Below, piece after piece: positions 24,136-36,919 of a stretch of 64,000 nt of DNA (position 1 is its first letter; every line of letters starts with the position of its first letter). Position numbers and translations under genes: made by a program. Origin of the DNA: Rhynchobatus australiae (taxonomy: Eukaryota); NCBI GenBank assembly GCA_034780895.1, contig JAUZTB010000098.1, positions 82,647,555 through 82,711,554 on the forward strand, read 5' to 3'. Below the pieces are notes generated by a model. It made no database searches. It saw nothing but the letters and a program-made list of their open reading frames with translations, and had not been told where the DNA came from.

Positions 24136-25809
24136 NNNNNNNNNNNNNNNNNNNNNNNNNNNNNNNNNNNNNNNNNNNNNNNNNNNNNNNNNNNNNNNNN
24201 NNNNNNNNNNNNNNNNNNNNNNNNNNNNNNNNNAAGTACCTTGCCATTCATATGCAGTATGTTCATATTGCTTTACAGTAGCTTCAGGTAGCTCTACAGC
24301 ATTGCTTGAACTTGGTGTGTGAACTTTAAATATAAGTGTGCATGTTTTCTGCAGTCAAAAAGATGTCTCATGAAATTGTTCCCTTCAGCTGTCTTTCAAA
24401 AAAGACAGTGCAACAGTATACATTCTTTGGTTCAAGCCAATTTTTCATGGTTCGTCAGTCCCAGCCCTGCTTAAGAAGTTTTACTTAAAATTCGGTCATG
24501 TCCTTGCACAACATACATGGCGACAAGATTGTTGTGAGGCTTTAAACCATAAATGTGCATGTATGAGAATCAGGTAGTGCATCCTGATTATAATCAACTT
24601 TCCCTGGTGCATCATTTTTCTTTCAGTTTAACAATACTCTGGATGTCTGTTTGCATAGACTGACTTGATTTTATGGAATTAAGTGGGTGTTGTGAGCTGA
24701 GTGATTGTTCATGTTGATGTGTTCTTGTTGCTAAGGTACCACTTCAGTTCCTGAGGTAATTCATCATCAGCTGTGCAAACAGAATGAACCTTGGAATTTG
24801 AATTTTCACTTTGCCCATCAAAAATCAATAACAATTGTTAGGCAACTTGCCAGAAACTGCTGCTCAGTTAAACCTGGTAAAATGACCTTTGTAGTTGATG
24901 ATGCCACAGAGACTGGAACTTGGCACTACGAGTCTACTATTTCTATGGTGCTAATTCTGAAAGTTCAAGATTCAGTTTAATTCAATCCAGTTTGATTTCT
25001 GTTCGCTCTTTGCAATTTATCTGTTGAGGGTGAGAGTTTTCACAGATCTTGAAGACTTAAGACAAGGCATAGTCAAAGAGCTAAGATGGTCAATGGCACG
25101 CTTTAAAACAATCTACCAATACAGCCTCAGATCTATCCCAGGCAGTAAATGCAGGGTTTTTCATTTTAAAAACCTTGCTGATTTCGGTAATGAGAACTTA
25201 ATAAGGAACTTCAACCATCAAGGAATGGAGACTTAAATCAGCTTAACCCAGATGATTACACCATCCGTGATGCATATCAGCTCATTTTTATTAAGAATGA
25301 ATGCATCCACTATCACTGTACCCGTGTTTGACATTTACTAACCTGGATAACAGCAATATCAGACACTTCTTAAAACTCAACATAGATTGAGCACATGGCT
25401 TCAAATCCAGCTGAAGCTGTTGAAATGAAATGAGAGCTTGCATTATAGAATCACAGGAGATTACTTGATTAGACCTCAAAAGTACAGTGAAACATTTTCC
25501 AATATTGCTAAAACATTAATCTGTAAAGTTCATGGGAAGGAAGTACGGAAGCATTCACTGGCAAAGATGCTCTGCCAGCTGGGCTTACTGAGTGTATGAA
25601 CAACCCTGTTGGTAAATATTCGTCCTCACTGCCTGCAGAAGGTGAATTGGCAGAATGAATTGACTATCTGCTGTAAAAAGCCGCCTGATTTTTTTTCATT
25701 CAATTAAGGAAAAATATTTACTTCCTTTCCCTTCCCGTATGATTCACAAATGCTGAAAAAGCTTTGCATTTTAGGATCTGTAGGGTGTGCAGGCCACTGC
25801 GGGCTGAGG

Positions 25810-26915
25810 TCAATGCTGGAATGAAGAGATTGTCTCTCTGTAGCTCACCATCAAACTCCAAGATCTGGGACTCAACACCTCCTTTTGCATCTGGATTCTT
25901 GACTTCCCGACCAACAGACCACAATCAGTGAGGATAGGCATCAACACCTCCAGCACAATTATTCTCAACACTGGTGCCTCATAAAGCTGTGTCCTCTACT
26001 CCCTATGCATGCAGGACTGTATGGCTAGATTCTGCTCGAACTCTATCTGCAAGTTTGCAGATAGTGCCACTGTAGTGGACCGTATCTCAAATAATGATGT
26101 GTTGGAATAGAGGAAGGAGGTAGAGAGCTTAGTAACATGGTGTCATGACAGCAACCTTTTCCTCAATATCAACAAACCAAAAGGGCTGGTGATTGACTTT
26201 AGGAAGGGGGGTGGTGCACATGCACCTGTTTACATCAACAGTGCTGAGGTAGAGAGGGTTGGGAGCTTCAAGTTCCAAGGAGTGAATGTCACCAGAAGCC
26301 TGTCCTGGTCCAGCCACATAGACGCTATGGCCAAGAAAGCTCACCAGTGCCTCTACTTCTAATTTTTATTGATGCACCATAGAAAGCATTCTACCTGGAT
26401 GCATTATGGCTTGGTATGGCAGCTGTTCTGCCTGTGACCGCAAGAAATTGCAGAGAGTTATGGTTTTGCAGAAATTGCAGAGACAGCTCAGCACATCACG
26501 GAAACCAACCTCCCCTCCATGGACTCTGTCTATACTTCTCACTGCTTCACTAAAGCAGCCAGCATAATCAATGGCCCCACCCACCCCAGACATTCTCTCT
26601 TCTCCCTTCTCCCATCATGCAGAAGATACAAAAGCCTGAAAGTATGTACCACCAGGCTCAAGGACAGCTTCTATACCGCAGTTATAAGACTATTGAATGG
26701 TTCCCTAGTATGATAAGATGGACTTAATGACCTTGCACCTTATTGTCTACCTGCACTGCACTTTCACTGTGACTGTTACACTTCATTCTGCATTCTGTTA
26801 TTGTTTTACCTTGTACCACATCAATGCAATGTGGAATGAATTGATCTGTCTGAACAGTATGCAAGACAAGTTTTTCGGTACCTCTGTACAAGTGACAATA
26901 ATAAATCAATTCCAA
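25810..26915 (+). mobile_element. Rex1/Babar LINE, 3' 1.1 kb, decayed with small internal deletions
   Basis: [32 protein letters not shown] and DUF1891-like MDSVYTSHCFTKAASII. Highly similar to 5480-6150. Confidence 0.88.
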
Positions 26916-27029
26916 TTCTATTTCCACTGCCCAAATAGCCTGGCATGAGGGAGCTTCAGATTCAGAGTGGTAAGCTGGGTTTCAGGTGTTGCAGGATCCC
27001 CGGTGACACCGCCATGTTCTCAGTCTCTT

Positions 27030-27212
27030 AATTCTACCTCTCTCATTTATTCTGTTATTATTACTTCTGCATTTCTTTTTGCATTACTTCAGAGTGCACT
27101 GTTATTTTTGTACCATTCACTGTATTTATTATTACCATGTCTGTGATCTTCGCACAAGCAAGGAATTTCTTTGCACCCTGGTGTACATGATAATAAACAA
27201 ATCTGAATCTGA
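27030..27212 (+). mobile_element. Rex1-type 3' tail fragment
   Basis: gcaaggaatttctttgcaccctggtgtacatgataataaacaaatctgaatctga. Confidence 0.5.
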
Positions 27213-27224
27213 AAGGCCACCTCG

Positions 27225-28000
27225 CAATTGGGGAGTGATTGACAGATAGAAAGCAACAAGTAGGAATAAACAGGGACTTCTCCAGTTGGCAGGCTGTGCC
27301 TTNNNNNNNNNNNNNNNNNNNNNNNNNNNNNNNNNNNNNNNNNNNNNNNNNNNNNNNNNNNNNNNNNNNNNNNNNNNNNNNNNNNNNNNNNNNNNNNNNN
27401 NNGACTTCTCCAGTTGGCAGGCTGTGCCTTGTGGGGTGCAGAATTGGTGCTTGGGCCCCAACTATTCATAATCCACATCAGCAATTTGGCTGAGGGGCTA
27501 TATGTAATACTTCCAATTTAGCTGATTATTTAAAATTAAATAGGGATATTGATTGTGAAAAGGATGCCAGAAGGTTTCATGGGACTAGAGACAAGTGGGT
27601 AACAACATGGCAGATAGAGTACAATACAGACGAAAACATGAGGTTATCCCTTTTTTTTAGTAAAAATACACAAATACTGAGTTTTCTTTAAATGGTGAGA
27701 GATTGGGAAATGTTGATGTTCAAAGAGTCGGGGAGGGGGGCAGTGCAGACTGAAATGAGAAGAAATTTCTTTACTCAAAAGGAGGTGAATCTTTGGTATT
27801 CTCTACCCCAGAGGGCTATGGAAGGTTAGTCATTGATTGCAATCAAGACAGAGGGCAATAGATTTCTGGATACTGGAAGAATCAAGGGATAAGTGGGTAG
27901 GACAGGAAAACAGTGTTCAGGAGGATGACCAGCCATGATCTCCTTGCATGGTGGAGCAGGCTTGAAGAGCCAAATGGCCCACTTGTGTTCTAAGAACTAC
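27225..28000 (+). mobile_element. CR1 remnant (RT and 3' end, internally deleted)
   Basis: LTDRKQQVGINRDFSSWQAVPCGVQ..LGPQLF; tail gaagagccaaatggcccacttgtgttc. Confidence 0.75.
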
Positions 28001-28988
28001 TTATCTATGAAAACTCTTGTAAGAGGGTTAATTATATGTTATTGAAATTATTTTATTGAGATAAGGCAGCCACCACTGGCAGAACAATTATTTCATGGAA
28101 GTGGCTATACACAAAATATGGAAATGGATAAAATGGGCAGCAAGTCTCACATTACCTCTAATAAGCACTGATCTTGAAAGAATTGTGTTTATGGCCTGTT
28201 TGTTTGCTTTCAAAGGATGTTTAAAAAGAGGACCAATTATGGATGTCCATCTCATTTTTGCATTGAAAATGTTCTTAGTAGTATCTTAGCTTAATCAACA
28301 TGTAGCCAAAATTGCAATTTGGAAGATCAATCACCAGTAACTGCTAATGAGCTAATTTTAGCAGGGATGGTGCACTGAGACATTATTGATGGTACCTAAG
28401 TTGGAAAAGCAAAGGAGGCTGAGTTTTCTGTTTCTGGTGATGGTGACCTTATGAACCATGGTGGAGTGCACTGTAATGGTGGAAGGTGAAATTGGGAAGG
28501 TGGTCACATCCTCCAGTAATTCAACATATCTATTTGTAACCTCTGACTAATTCTGCTTCCCTAATCCAGATGAAGGTTTTTGACCCAAAAGCTCAACTGT
28601 CCAGTTCATTCTGCCTGACCCACTGATTTCTTTGAGCGGTTTTTTTGCTCCAGCATCTGCAAACCTTTCTCTTTTTCCCTGATCTTCAGTACTTTGCCAT
28701 TGAAGAACATGCTGTCAGTTCCCTTGATCCAAAGCTGTAGAAGTCCCTGCTGCTTCCTTTTTTGAAGTGTTCCTTAAAACCTGCTACTGGCCAAGCTTCA
28801 ACCCCTTGTGTGGCTCAGTGATGAATTTTGTATCATTACACACGATCAAGTAACATTGCATATTTTACAGTAATGGTACCATTTTAATACAGTCTGTTGT
28901 TTTACTGTAATTTTAAGTTGACTGTGCTATTTACATCATATGATCTACTTACCCTGATTCATACTATTTCTAACTTTTGTCTCTCCAG

Positions 28989-29023
28989 TTCGACAGAGGA
29001 TTCCTTTCGCTGGCACATACAAG
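28989..29023 (+). CDS. CTNND2: Delta-2 catenin coding exon (human exon 4 equivalent), 35 nt
   Basis: ctctccag|TTCGACAGAGGATTCCTTTCGCTGGCACATACAAG|gtaaac. Encodes (S)STEDSFRWHIQ(D), similar to human SAEEQFQWQSQD. Splices in frame to the next exon. Confidence 0.88.
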
Positions 29024-29492
29024 GTAAACCTTCTTCATTTAAAAATACTTCATCTGAAAGGGTTAAGTACTGTAAATGTGCCTTGTTGGCTTTGAACAAT
29101 GGAGAACAATTGCAGGCACAGCAATATTTCATGGCATTCCTTGATTTTTATGTGCGGCTTAACTACCCAAAATTAGCTTCATACTAAAGGATTTTGCTGG
29201 GTACAGTGGAAGACTGTGGCCTGCTATACTGGGTCTCTTCAATTGGCAGTTTGTTGAATCGCACTGAAACATTGGTGATAATTGGTCACAATCCCAAGTG
29301 ATGCTGTACCAGAGTGCTATTTATTTTTAGGATGTAATTGGAGGACTAAGTATTGAGTTAATTTCTATGCAATGAACAGAGGAAGTCTCTCAAGCTTATT
29401 ATTATCTCAGAGTATCAGATTAGGGCAAGAGTATTTTAATCACTCTGTCATTCACTCTTTTTCTCTTTGTGAACCACATGTACAAACTTCAG

Positions 29493-29609
29493 ATGCACAG
29501 AAAGGTGCAGACGATGAAATTGCCAGCGGCTTGGAGCTGGTAGACTCCTGTCTAAGGTCCCTGCAAGAATCGGGTATACTGGACCATCGCGAATACTCTT
29601 CCAGTGAAG
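29493..29609 (+). CDS. CTNND2: Delta-2 catenin coding exon (exon 5 equivalent), 117 nt
   Basis: cttcag|AT GCA CAG...AGT GAA G|gtgaaa. Encodes [39 protein letters not shown]; [19 protein letters not shown] is a CTNND2 signature. Confidence 0.95.
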
Positions 29610-29821
29610 GTGAAATTGAGTTAATTTAGTACTTAAATCATTATTGTTTGGTTGGTTGAATGAGTTGCTAACTATCCATCTCACTCACATAGGTGAGTGC
29701 AGTAGTCTTGTTCTTGAAGGTTGAAAGGCTTAAATTATATTGGTTCAGAAACATGCATGAAGTAATGTACTTCCTGCTTTGGTGACAAGTCTTCTGATTG
29801 CTCTCAACTGACTCTGAACAG

Positions 29822-30006
29822 GGCCCAGTCTTCTCTCCCAGAGTGCCTCGCAGATCAATGCCAACCCAGAAGGCTCCTACCAGTACTCGGGCAGTTACCA
29901 TAGCAACCAGACTCTCTCCCGCGGCGACTCAACTGCATCGCAGCTCTCTGGGAGGACCTCAAGTGGTCAGGTTGGAGCAGGTGTTGGCATCCACAGCTAT
30001 GGGCAG
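29822..30006 (+). CDS. CTNND2: Delta-2 catenin coding exon (exon 6 equivalent), 185 nt
   Basis: gaacag|GG CCC AGT CTT...GGG CAG|gtactt. Encodes [62 protein letters not shown], matching human [23 protein letters not shown]. The ORF track shows a different frame here. Confidence 0.92.
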
Positions 30007-30059
30007 GTACTTCATATAATTCTATGAAAATGATGTGAACAGTTTAAAAAAAAGGGCGT

Positions 30060-30290
30060 AAAAGAACCTTGCATTTATAATGATGTTCATACTCTCAGGA
30101 CATCTCAAGCAGTTTACAATACAAAGGAAATGTAGTCACTGTTGCAATGTATAAAATCAATTGCCAAGCTGTGCACAGCAAGATCCCACAGGCAACAGTG
30201 AGATAAATGAACAGGTAAAATATTTGTTCCGTTTTGGTTAAGAGATAAATATTGGCCAGGGCGCCAGGGAGAACAGCTATTTTTCCATGG
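30060..30290 (-). mobile_element. Deu-domain SINE 3' half; the rest is at ~33700-33790 beyond the CR1
   Basis: ccttgcatttata..caggacatctcaag..tgtagtcactgttgcaatgta..tgtgcacagcaagatcccaca. Confidence 0.7.
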
Positions 30291-30299
30291 ATTTTCCTG

Positions 30300-33200
30300 C
30301 ACCTGGGCCATATTCCCCCAAACCCCTCCCATCAATCTACCTATCCAAGCTTCTCTTAAATGTTACAATTAAACCCGCAACTACCACTTCCATTGGCAGC
30401 TCCTTCCCCACTCACACCACTCTCTGAGTGAAGAAGTTTCCCCTCAGATTCCCTTTTAATATTTCACCTTTCACCCTAAACCTATGTCCTGTAATTGCAG
30501 TCTTACCCAGCCTTAGGGGAAAAAGCCTGCATGCATTCACCCTATCAATACCCCTCATAATGTTGTATACCACTGTAAGATCTCCTGTCATTTGCCTGCG
30601 CTCCAGGGAGTAAATTCCTAACCTATTCAGCCTTTCCCTATAACTCAAGTCCTCAAGTTCAGGCAACATTCTTGTAAATTTTCTCTGCAGTCTTTCCAGC
30701 TTATTGATATCTTCCCTGTAGGTAGGTGACCAGAACTTCACAGAATACTCTAAATTCAGCCTCACCAATGTCTTGTACAACTTCAACGTAACATCCCAAC
30801 TCCTGTATTTAATGCCTTGATTTATGAAGGCCAAAAGCTCTCTTTATGACCCTATCTACCTGTGATGCTACTTGCAAGGAACTGTGGATATGTATCCCCA
30901 GGTTCCTTTGTTCTACTGCACACCTCAGAGCCCTACCATTCACTGTGTAAGTCTTACCCTGGTTTGTCCTCCCAAGGTGCAATACCTCACACTTGTCTGT
31001 ATTAAATTCCATCTGCCGTTTTTCAGCCCATTTAGCTCACTGGTCAAGATCACGCTGCAAGCTTTGACAGCCTTCCTCGCTATCCACTATGCCCCCAATC
31101 TTGGTGTCACCTGCAAATTTGCTGATCCAGTTTACCACATTGTCATCTAAATCATTAACATAGATGATAAGCAACAGCGAACCCAGCACCGATCCTTGTG
31201 GCACACCACTAGTCACAGGCCTCCAGTCAGAGAGACAGCCATCTACTATCACTCTCTGACTTCTCCCATTAAGCCAATGTTGAATCCAATTGGCTACTTC
31301 ATCCTGNNNNNNNNNNNNNNNNNNNNNNNNNNNNNNNNNNNNNNNNNNNNNNNNNNNNNNNNNNNNNNNNNNNNNNNNNNNNNNNNNNNNNNNNNNNNNN
31401 NNNNNNNNNNNNNNNNNNNNNNNNNNNNNNNNNNNNNNNNNNNNNNNNNNNNNNNNNNNNNNNNNNNNNNNNNNNNNNNNNNNNNNNNNNNNNNNNNNNN
31501 NNNNNNNNNNNNNNNNNNNNNNNNNNNNNNNNNNNNNNNNNNNNNNNNNNNNNNNNNNNNNNNNNNNNNNNNNNNNNNNNNNNNNNNNNNNNNNNNNNNN
31601 NNNNNNNNNNNNNNNNNNNNNNNNNNNNNNNNNNNNNNNNNNNNNNNNNNNNNNNNNNNNNNNNNNNNNNNNNNNNNNNNNNNNNNNNNNNNNNNNNNNN
31701 NNNNNNNNNNNNNNNNNNNNNNNNNNNNNNNNNNNNNNNNNNNNNNNNNNNNNNNNNNNNNNNNNNNNNNNNNNNNNNNNNNNNNNNNNNNNNNNNNNNN
31801 NNNNNCTCACTATTCCTTTTCCTCAGTTCTGTAGTCTCTGTGTCTGTCTCCAGAGTAAATACAGATGCAAAAAACTCATTTAAGATTTCCCCATCTCTTT
31901 TGGCTCCGTGCATAGATGACCACGCTGATCTTCAAGAGGACCAATTTTGTCCCTTGCTACCTTTTTGCCCTCAATATAGCTATAGAAACCCTTGGGATTC
32001 TCTCTTACCCTGCCTGCCAGAGCAACCTCTTGTCCTCTTTTTGCTGTCCTGATTTCTCTCTTAGGTGTTTTCTTGCATTTCTTATACTTGTCAAGCACCT
32101 CATTTGATCCTGACTGCCTATACCTAACATGCGCCACCTTCTTTTTCTTTACCAGGACCTCAATATCCCTTGATAACCAAGGTTCTCTAAACCTGCTAGT
32201 CTTGCCTTTTATTCTAACAGGAACATATAGATTCTGTACTGTCAATATTTCAGTTTTGAATGCCTCCCATTTACCAAGCATCTCTTTGCAGGGAAAACAG
32301 CCTATCCCAATCCATGCCTGTCAGATCCCTTCTGATGCCATCAAAATTAGCCTTACTCCAGTTTAGAATCTCAACCCAAGGACCAGTCCTATCCTTCTCC
32401 ATAATTATCTTGAAATTGATGGAATTATGATCACTCAATCCTAAGTGTTCCCCTACACACACTTCCGTCACCTGCCTGTTCCCTGTCTTGTTCCCTAAGG
32501 GGAGATCCAGTGTCATGCTATCTCTAGTTGGGACCTCTACTTATTGATTAAGGAAACTTTCTTGAACACATTTGACAAACTCGATCCCATCCAATCCCTT
32601 TATAGTATCGGAGTCCCAGTCAATATGTGGAAAGTTAATATCACCTACAATCACAACCTTATTTTTCTTGCAACTGTCTGCTATGTCTCTACAAATTTGT
32701 TCTTCTAAATCCTGCTGACTATTGGGAGGTCTATAATATAGTCCCATTAACATGGTCATCCCTTTCTTATTCCTCAGTTCTACCCAGATTGCCTCAGTAG
32801 ATGAGCCCTCCTGTATGTCCTCTCTGAGCACTGCTATGACATTTTCCCTGATGAGTAATGCCACCCCTCCCCCTTTAATATCTCCCTTTCTATCATGTCT
32901 AAAACATCGGAACCCTGGAACCTTGAGCTGCCAGTCCTGCCCCTCCTGCAACCAAGTCTCACTAATGGCTACAACATCATAATCCCACGTGCTGATCCAT
33001 GCTCGAAGTTCATCTGCCTTACTTACAATACTCCTTGCATTGAAATAAATGCATCTCAGAACATTGGTCCCACCATGCTCATCAACCAGTCGATTTCTGT
33101 CTTTGCTTTAACATCTACTTTTCCCACTGCCACTCCACTTTCTGCCCTGCCACTCTGGTTCCCACCCCCCTGCAACTCTAGTTTAAACCCACCCAAGCAG

Positions 33201-33700
33201 CATTAGCAAACCTTCCCGCAAGAATATTGGTCCCCCTGCAGATCAGGTGCAAACCGTCCTGTTTGTAAAGGTCCCACCTGCCCTGGAAGAAAGCCCAATG
33301 ATCTAAAAATCTGAAGCCCTCCCTGCTGCACCACCCCCTTAGCCACATGTTGAGCTGCACTATCTTCCTATTTATTGCCTAACAAGCATGCGGCATGGGT
33401 AGCAATCCTGAGATCACAAACCTGGAGGTCCTGTCTTTTAACTTAGCACTTAACTCCCTGAACTCACTTCGCAGGACCTCATCACCCTTCCTGCCGATGT
33501 CATTGATGCCGATGTGGACCATGACTTCTGGCTACTCACCCTCCCTCTTAAGAATGCTGTCGACTCAGTCTGAGATGTCTCTGAGATGCACCTGGGAGGC
33601 AACATACCATCCAGGAGCCTCGTTTTCATCCTATCTGTTCCCCTAACCAATGAATCCCCAATTAGTACTGCACTCCTCTTCCCACCCCTTCACTTTCTCA
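30300..33700 (-). mobile_element. Nearly full-length CR1 LINE: ORF1 SGNH-esterase end, ORF2 endonuclease and RT; inactivated by stops and frameshifts
   Basis: ORF1: VLIGDSLVRG and LNMWLRGWCSREGFRFLDHW..DGLHL. EN: GGGVALLIRE..YYRPPNS..VGDINFPHIDW, SDHN. RT: VTSGVPQGSVLGSLLLIIYVNDLD..SKFAGDTKIGG. Confidence 0.95.
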
Positions 33701-35056
33701 TCCCGTAATAGTGCAGTGGAGTGCCGACATGGATTATGTGTGGGGCATGGAAGTAAGAATGCTGCCCTAAGCCATGATACACTTGGTGTTCACTGACTCG
33801 TGTGAACATCTAGTGTATTTATGAAAGGGATTTTATGTTTACTAATTTGGCGGCCTCAATGTATATATTTTTGGGTGTTGTCATGGCAGTCTCATCATAT
33901 GATCTCCCACTTCATCAAACCATCAATTTTTTTTTCCCCGAACTACAATATTTTTCCAACAATCAAAGCAATCGGAAATTAATGCTAGCTTTTATTCCAT
34001 TATTCAATCTTAGCACATTCCAGGAGATTAACCTTTAATTTCTGAGGATATCAGGATAATGTTGGAGGATTGACTTTGCGTTGAGCTTGGTTGGGTTTAC
34101 GTCAGCACAAACTGAGAACAGAATATGTTTCTATTTTCCCACTGACCCCCAAAGATGAGACCCCACAACACATGGGTCAGAATGTGATTGAAGTTTCTAG
34201 AAGACTGGCAAAGTTTTGACATTGAACAGTAAATATTTTGCACAAGTAACCTTGGCGTTGGAGAATAGATAACTCTCCTACAGCTGGCAAAAAGGATGGA
34301 AGGATCATTATTGTTTTCATGGATAAAAACACACATTTTCTTCTTGTCAAGAATTTACTTCCCTGCTTTTGTTCCCTTAATATATGTTGCTTTCTTTATC
34401 CTCTTGCCCCACCATGAGATCCCATTCCATCTGCTAATCAGGCCCTAGGCTCTCTGTATCACTCACTTAACCTATCCACATATTTTAATTGGCTACTTGA
34501 AATTGACCTTGTTGACCAAGCTTTTGGTCCCACACCAGTGTGGCTTGATGTTAATTTCTGTCTGATGGTTCTCATGTGAAGTGCTCTAGGATATTTTACT
34601 GTATTAAATGCATTGCATAAACTTCAGTTTATTCTCAACTCTGCTGCCCTTGGCCTGACTTGGACCTGTCAATTCCAATACAACTGACTTGCACTGGATT
34701 TCAGTCTGACAATTTGTCAAATTTGCAATTCTTTCCCTTGTGTTTCCCTACTTCTGTAACCCCAAATCCTCAGATTCCTGACCCTGTGCATGCCTGAATT
34801 TCATTTCTCTCCATGAGCAGAATTATCTTTGAATGTTTTGGCCTTTGGCTCTGGAATTCTCTACTTAAACTGTTCTGCCTTATGCTAAGACAATTTGTTG
34901 TGGTTGCATTCATTCTTCCACTACATCCTCTGGGGCTCACCATCCAATCTCTCACTATTCTGTGACTCTGCACTGCTTTACTAAAAACATTATATGACTT
35001 AAGGTTATTATCGCTAGTGCAGTATTAATTTGATTTCTCTTTCCATTGTTTAACAG

Positions 35057-35600
35057 GTTAACCGGGCTGGTGACAGCAGTCGTACGTCAGGATCCGAATC
35101 CTCCCCATCTCACTCTGCACCGCAGTCAAGGGACACCTTTGTGCCGAGTCATGGTAGTGCGTTCCGCCTGCCAGAAGCGCAGCATCCATCTTCGGTCTAC
35201 TATGTCAGTGCCACACTGCCTGCTCAGAGAGTGAGCTCACCCATGTCCCTACAGCGGACAGGCTCACCACCCAAGCTCCAGCGGGCAGGCTCAGCCGCTG
35301 AGAGCGGCGTCTACACCACCCAGCGGCTCGCCTCCCCCAAGCAGACAGCCTCTCCCAGCCGTCTGTCCAAGTCGTACAGCACCAGTTCGCCAGTCAACAT
35401 TGCAGTGTCCTCAGCCGCCCTCTCCCCCTCGCCCCCAGCCAATGCAGTGACCTCGCCTGCACATCAACCCAGCTCGGCCCAGCCCAGCTATGCCACGCTC
35501 TCGCCTACCAAACGCCTCACCCACACGTCCGATCCATACAGCAAGCACCCACAGGAGCTGTATGAGCGGAGTACCTTACAGAGGCCTGGCAGCCTAGCAG
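35057..35600 (+). CDS. CTNND2: Delta-2 catenin coding exon (exon 7 equivalent, Ser/Pro-rich), 544 nt
   Basis: taacag|GTT AAC CGG...CTA GCA G|gtaatc. GC-rich. Contains [31 protein letters not shown] and TLQRPGSLA as in CTNND2. Phase 0 start, phase 1 end. Confidence 0.96.
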
Positions 35601-36919
35601 GTAATCCAGTTTGATGCTCGGACACGCTCATCATTTGGTGAGATGTGCTTACCATTCCCAGGGACGGGATTGTACAAAGGAGAAAATGGGAGGTTATAAT
35701 AATCAGGAAAGTCTGAATAGTCTGGAGCTGCTCCTCTCTTCAGAGGTGTGACTTAATCGAAATCTTTGAAGGGTTTTGTTTGGGTTGCCATGAATACAGT
35801 ATGAGCAATATGGAATTATGAGAAATCTCTCTACTCAAAGGTGGTAAGAATATGGAACTTGCAATTTCATGGACCACATGTTGTGTGGAATTTTAACATT
35901 AAAGGGCATTCCATGTAACAGTGAGCTCCACATTCTCACAAGTTCTCTGACTTCCTTATTTTTTAACAGCTTTCCCAGTTGCAATTTTATTCATAGATGT
36001 TGCAGCAAATGGTTAAGATTCCACTTGAATAGAGTTCACATTACATTTCACTGACTGTGATACAACAAAGCCCTTAACAGACATTACATAAAATGGGTCA
36101 AATGGTTGTCAGGTATTCCTTGGTAGCTGGGAAGCAATTCATCAGTTGATTCAGAAACAATATAAGAGTTGGCCATGTGATATCCAGTCATAATAATCTT
36201 CAAATCCCACTGGTTTATCATGGGAGGCTGCACCAGAAGAAGTGGTCTTCTGCTCCTCTCCAAGATGAGTTTTTGAGTTTTTCCTGCTTACTGACTTTTC
36301 ACCAGTCAGGATGATATTACCACATCAAGGGCTTCCTTTTCCAATATAACTTGCATTTGTTTCTGTCCACCACAGTTGACTGAAGGTATATCATGTTTCT
36401 TTGAATGTAAGTTATCAGTGTCCGTCCTGCACAGCTGACTGATGTATCCAGACAACTCTGGCATAGGGAATCACAAAACTAAAAAATTTTAGAAAAGAGG
36501 TGGAAACCACTGGAGGTTCACATCTTTGCTTGTCTTGACTGTCCCAGCAAGCTGCTCAACAATAATAGGTTTGCAATTATGTTGTATAATGCTAGAAAGC
36601 TCTTTATTCATGTGCCATTTTTCCCTTCAGTTCAGAATTAACCATAATGTCACAGAAACAATAAATCATGCAGCTGCTGGCTCTGTTCCACCATTCCATG
36701 AGAATATAATATCCAGTGTTAACAGGATAATTACTCAAATGAAAATGCTGATTTTGCTTCTCATCCAGCCAATATCAATGTGGACAGTTCTGTCAAGCAA
36801 TCTTTTCCAAAGCCAGGAGGCAATCCAGTCAACAATCAACTAGCAACCTACTGAGGATGCTCATGCCAACATAAAATGTGATGTTCCCTTACTACCCTCT
36901 AACTTCACAAAAAAATACA

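Noticed and set aside
27275-27430. 28-bp direct repeat flanking a 100-N gap (similar cases at 18484-18605 and 59213-59328)
   Set aside because: Identical sequence on both sides of a fixed-size gap indicates overlapping contig ends, not a TSD or repeat-spacer array.
29798-30019. 73-aa [15 protein letters not shown]... overlapping exon 6
   Set aside because: Alternative frame of the CTNND2 exon; the homologous frame is PSLLSQSA.
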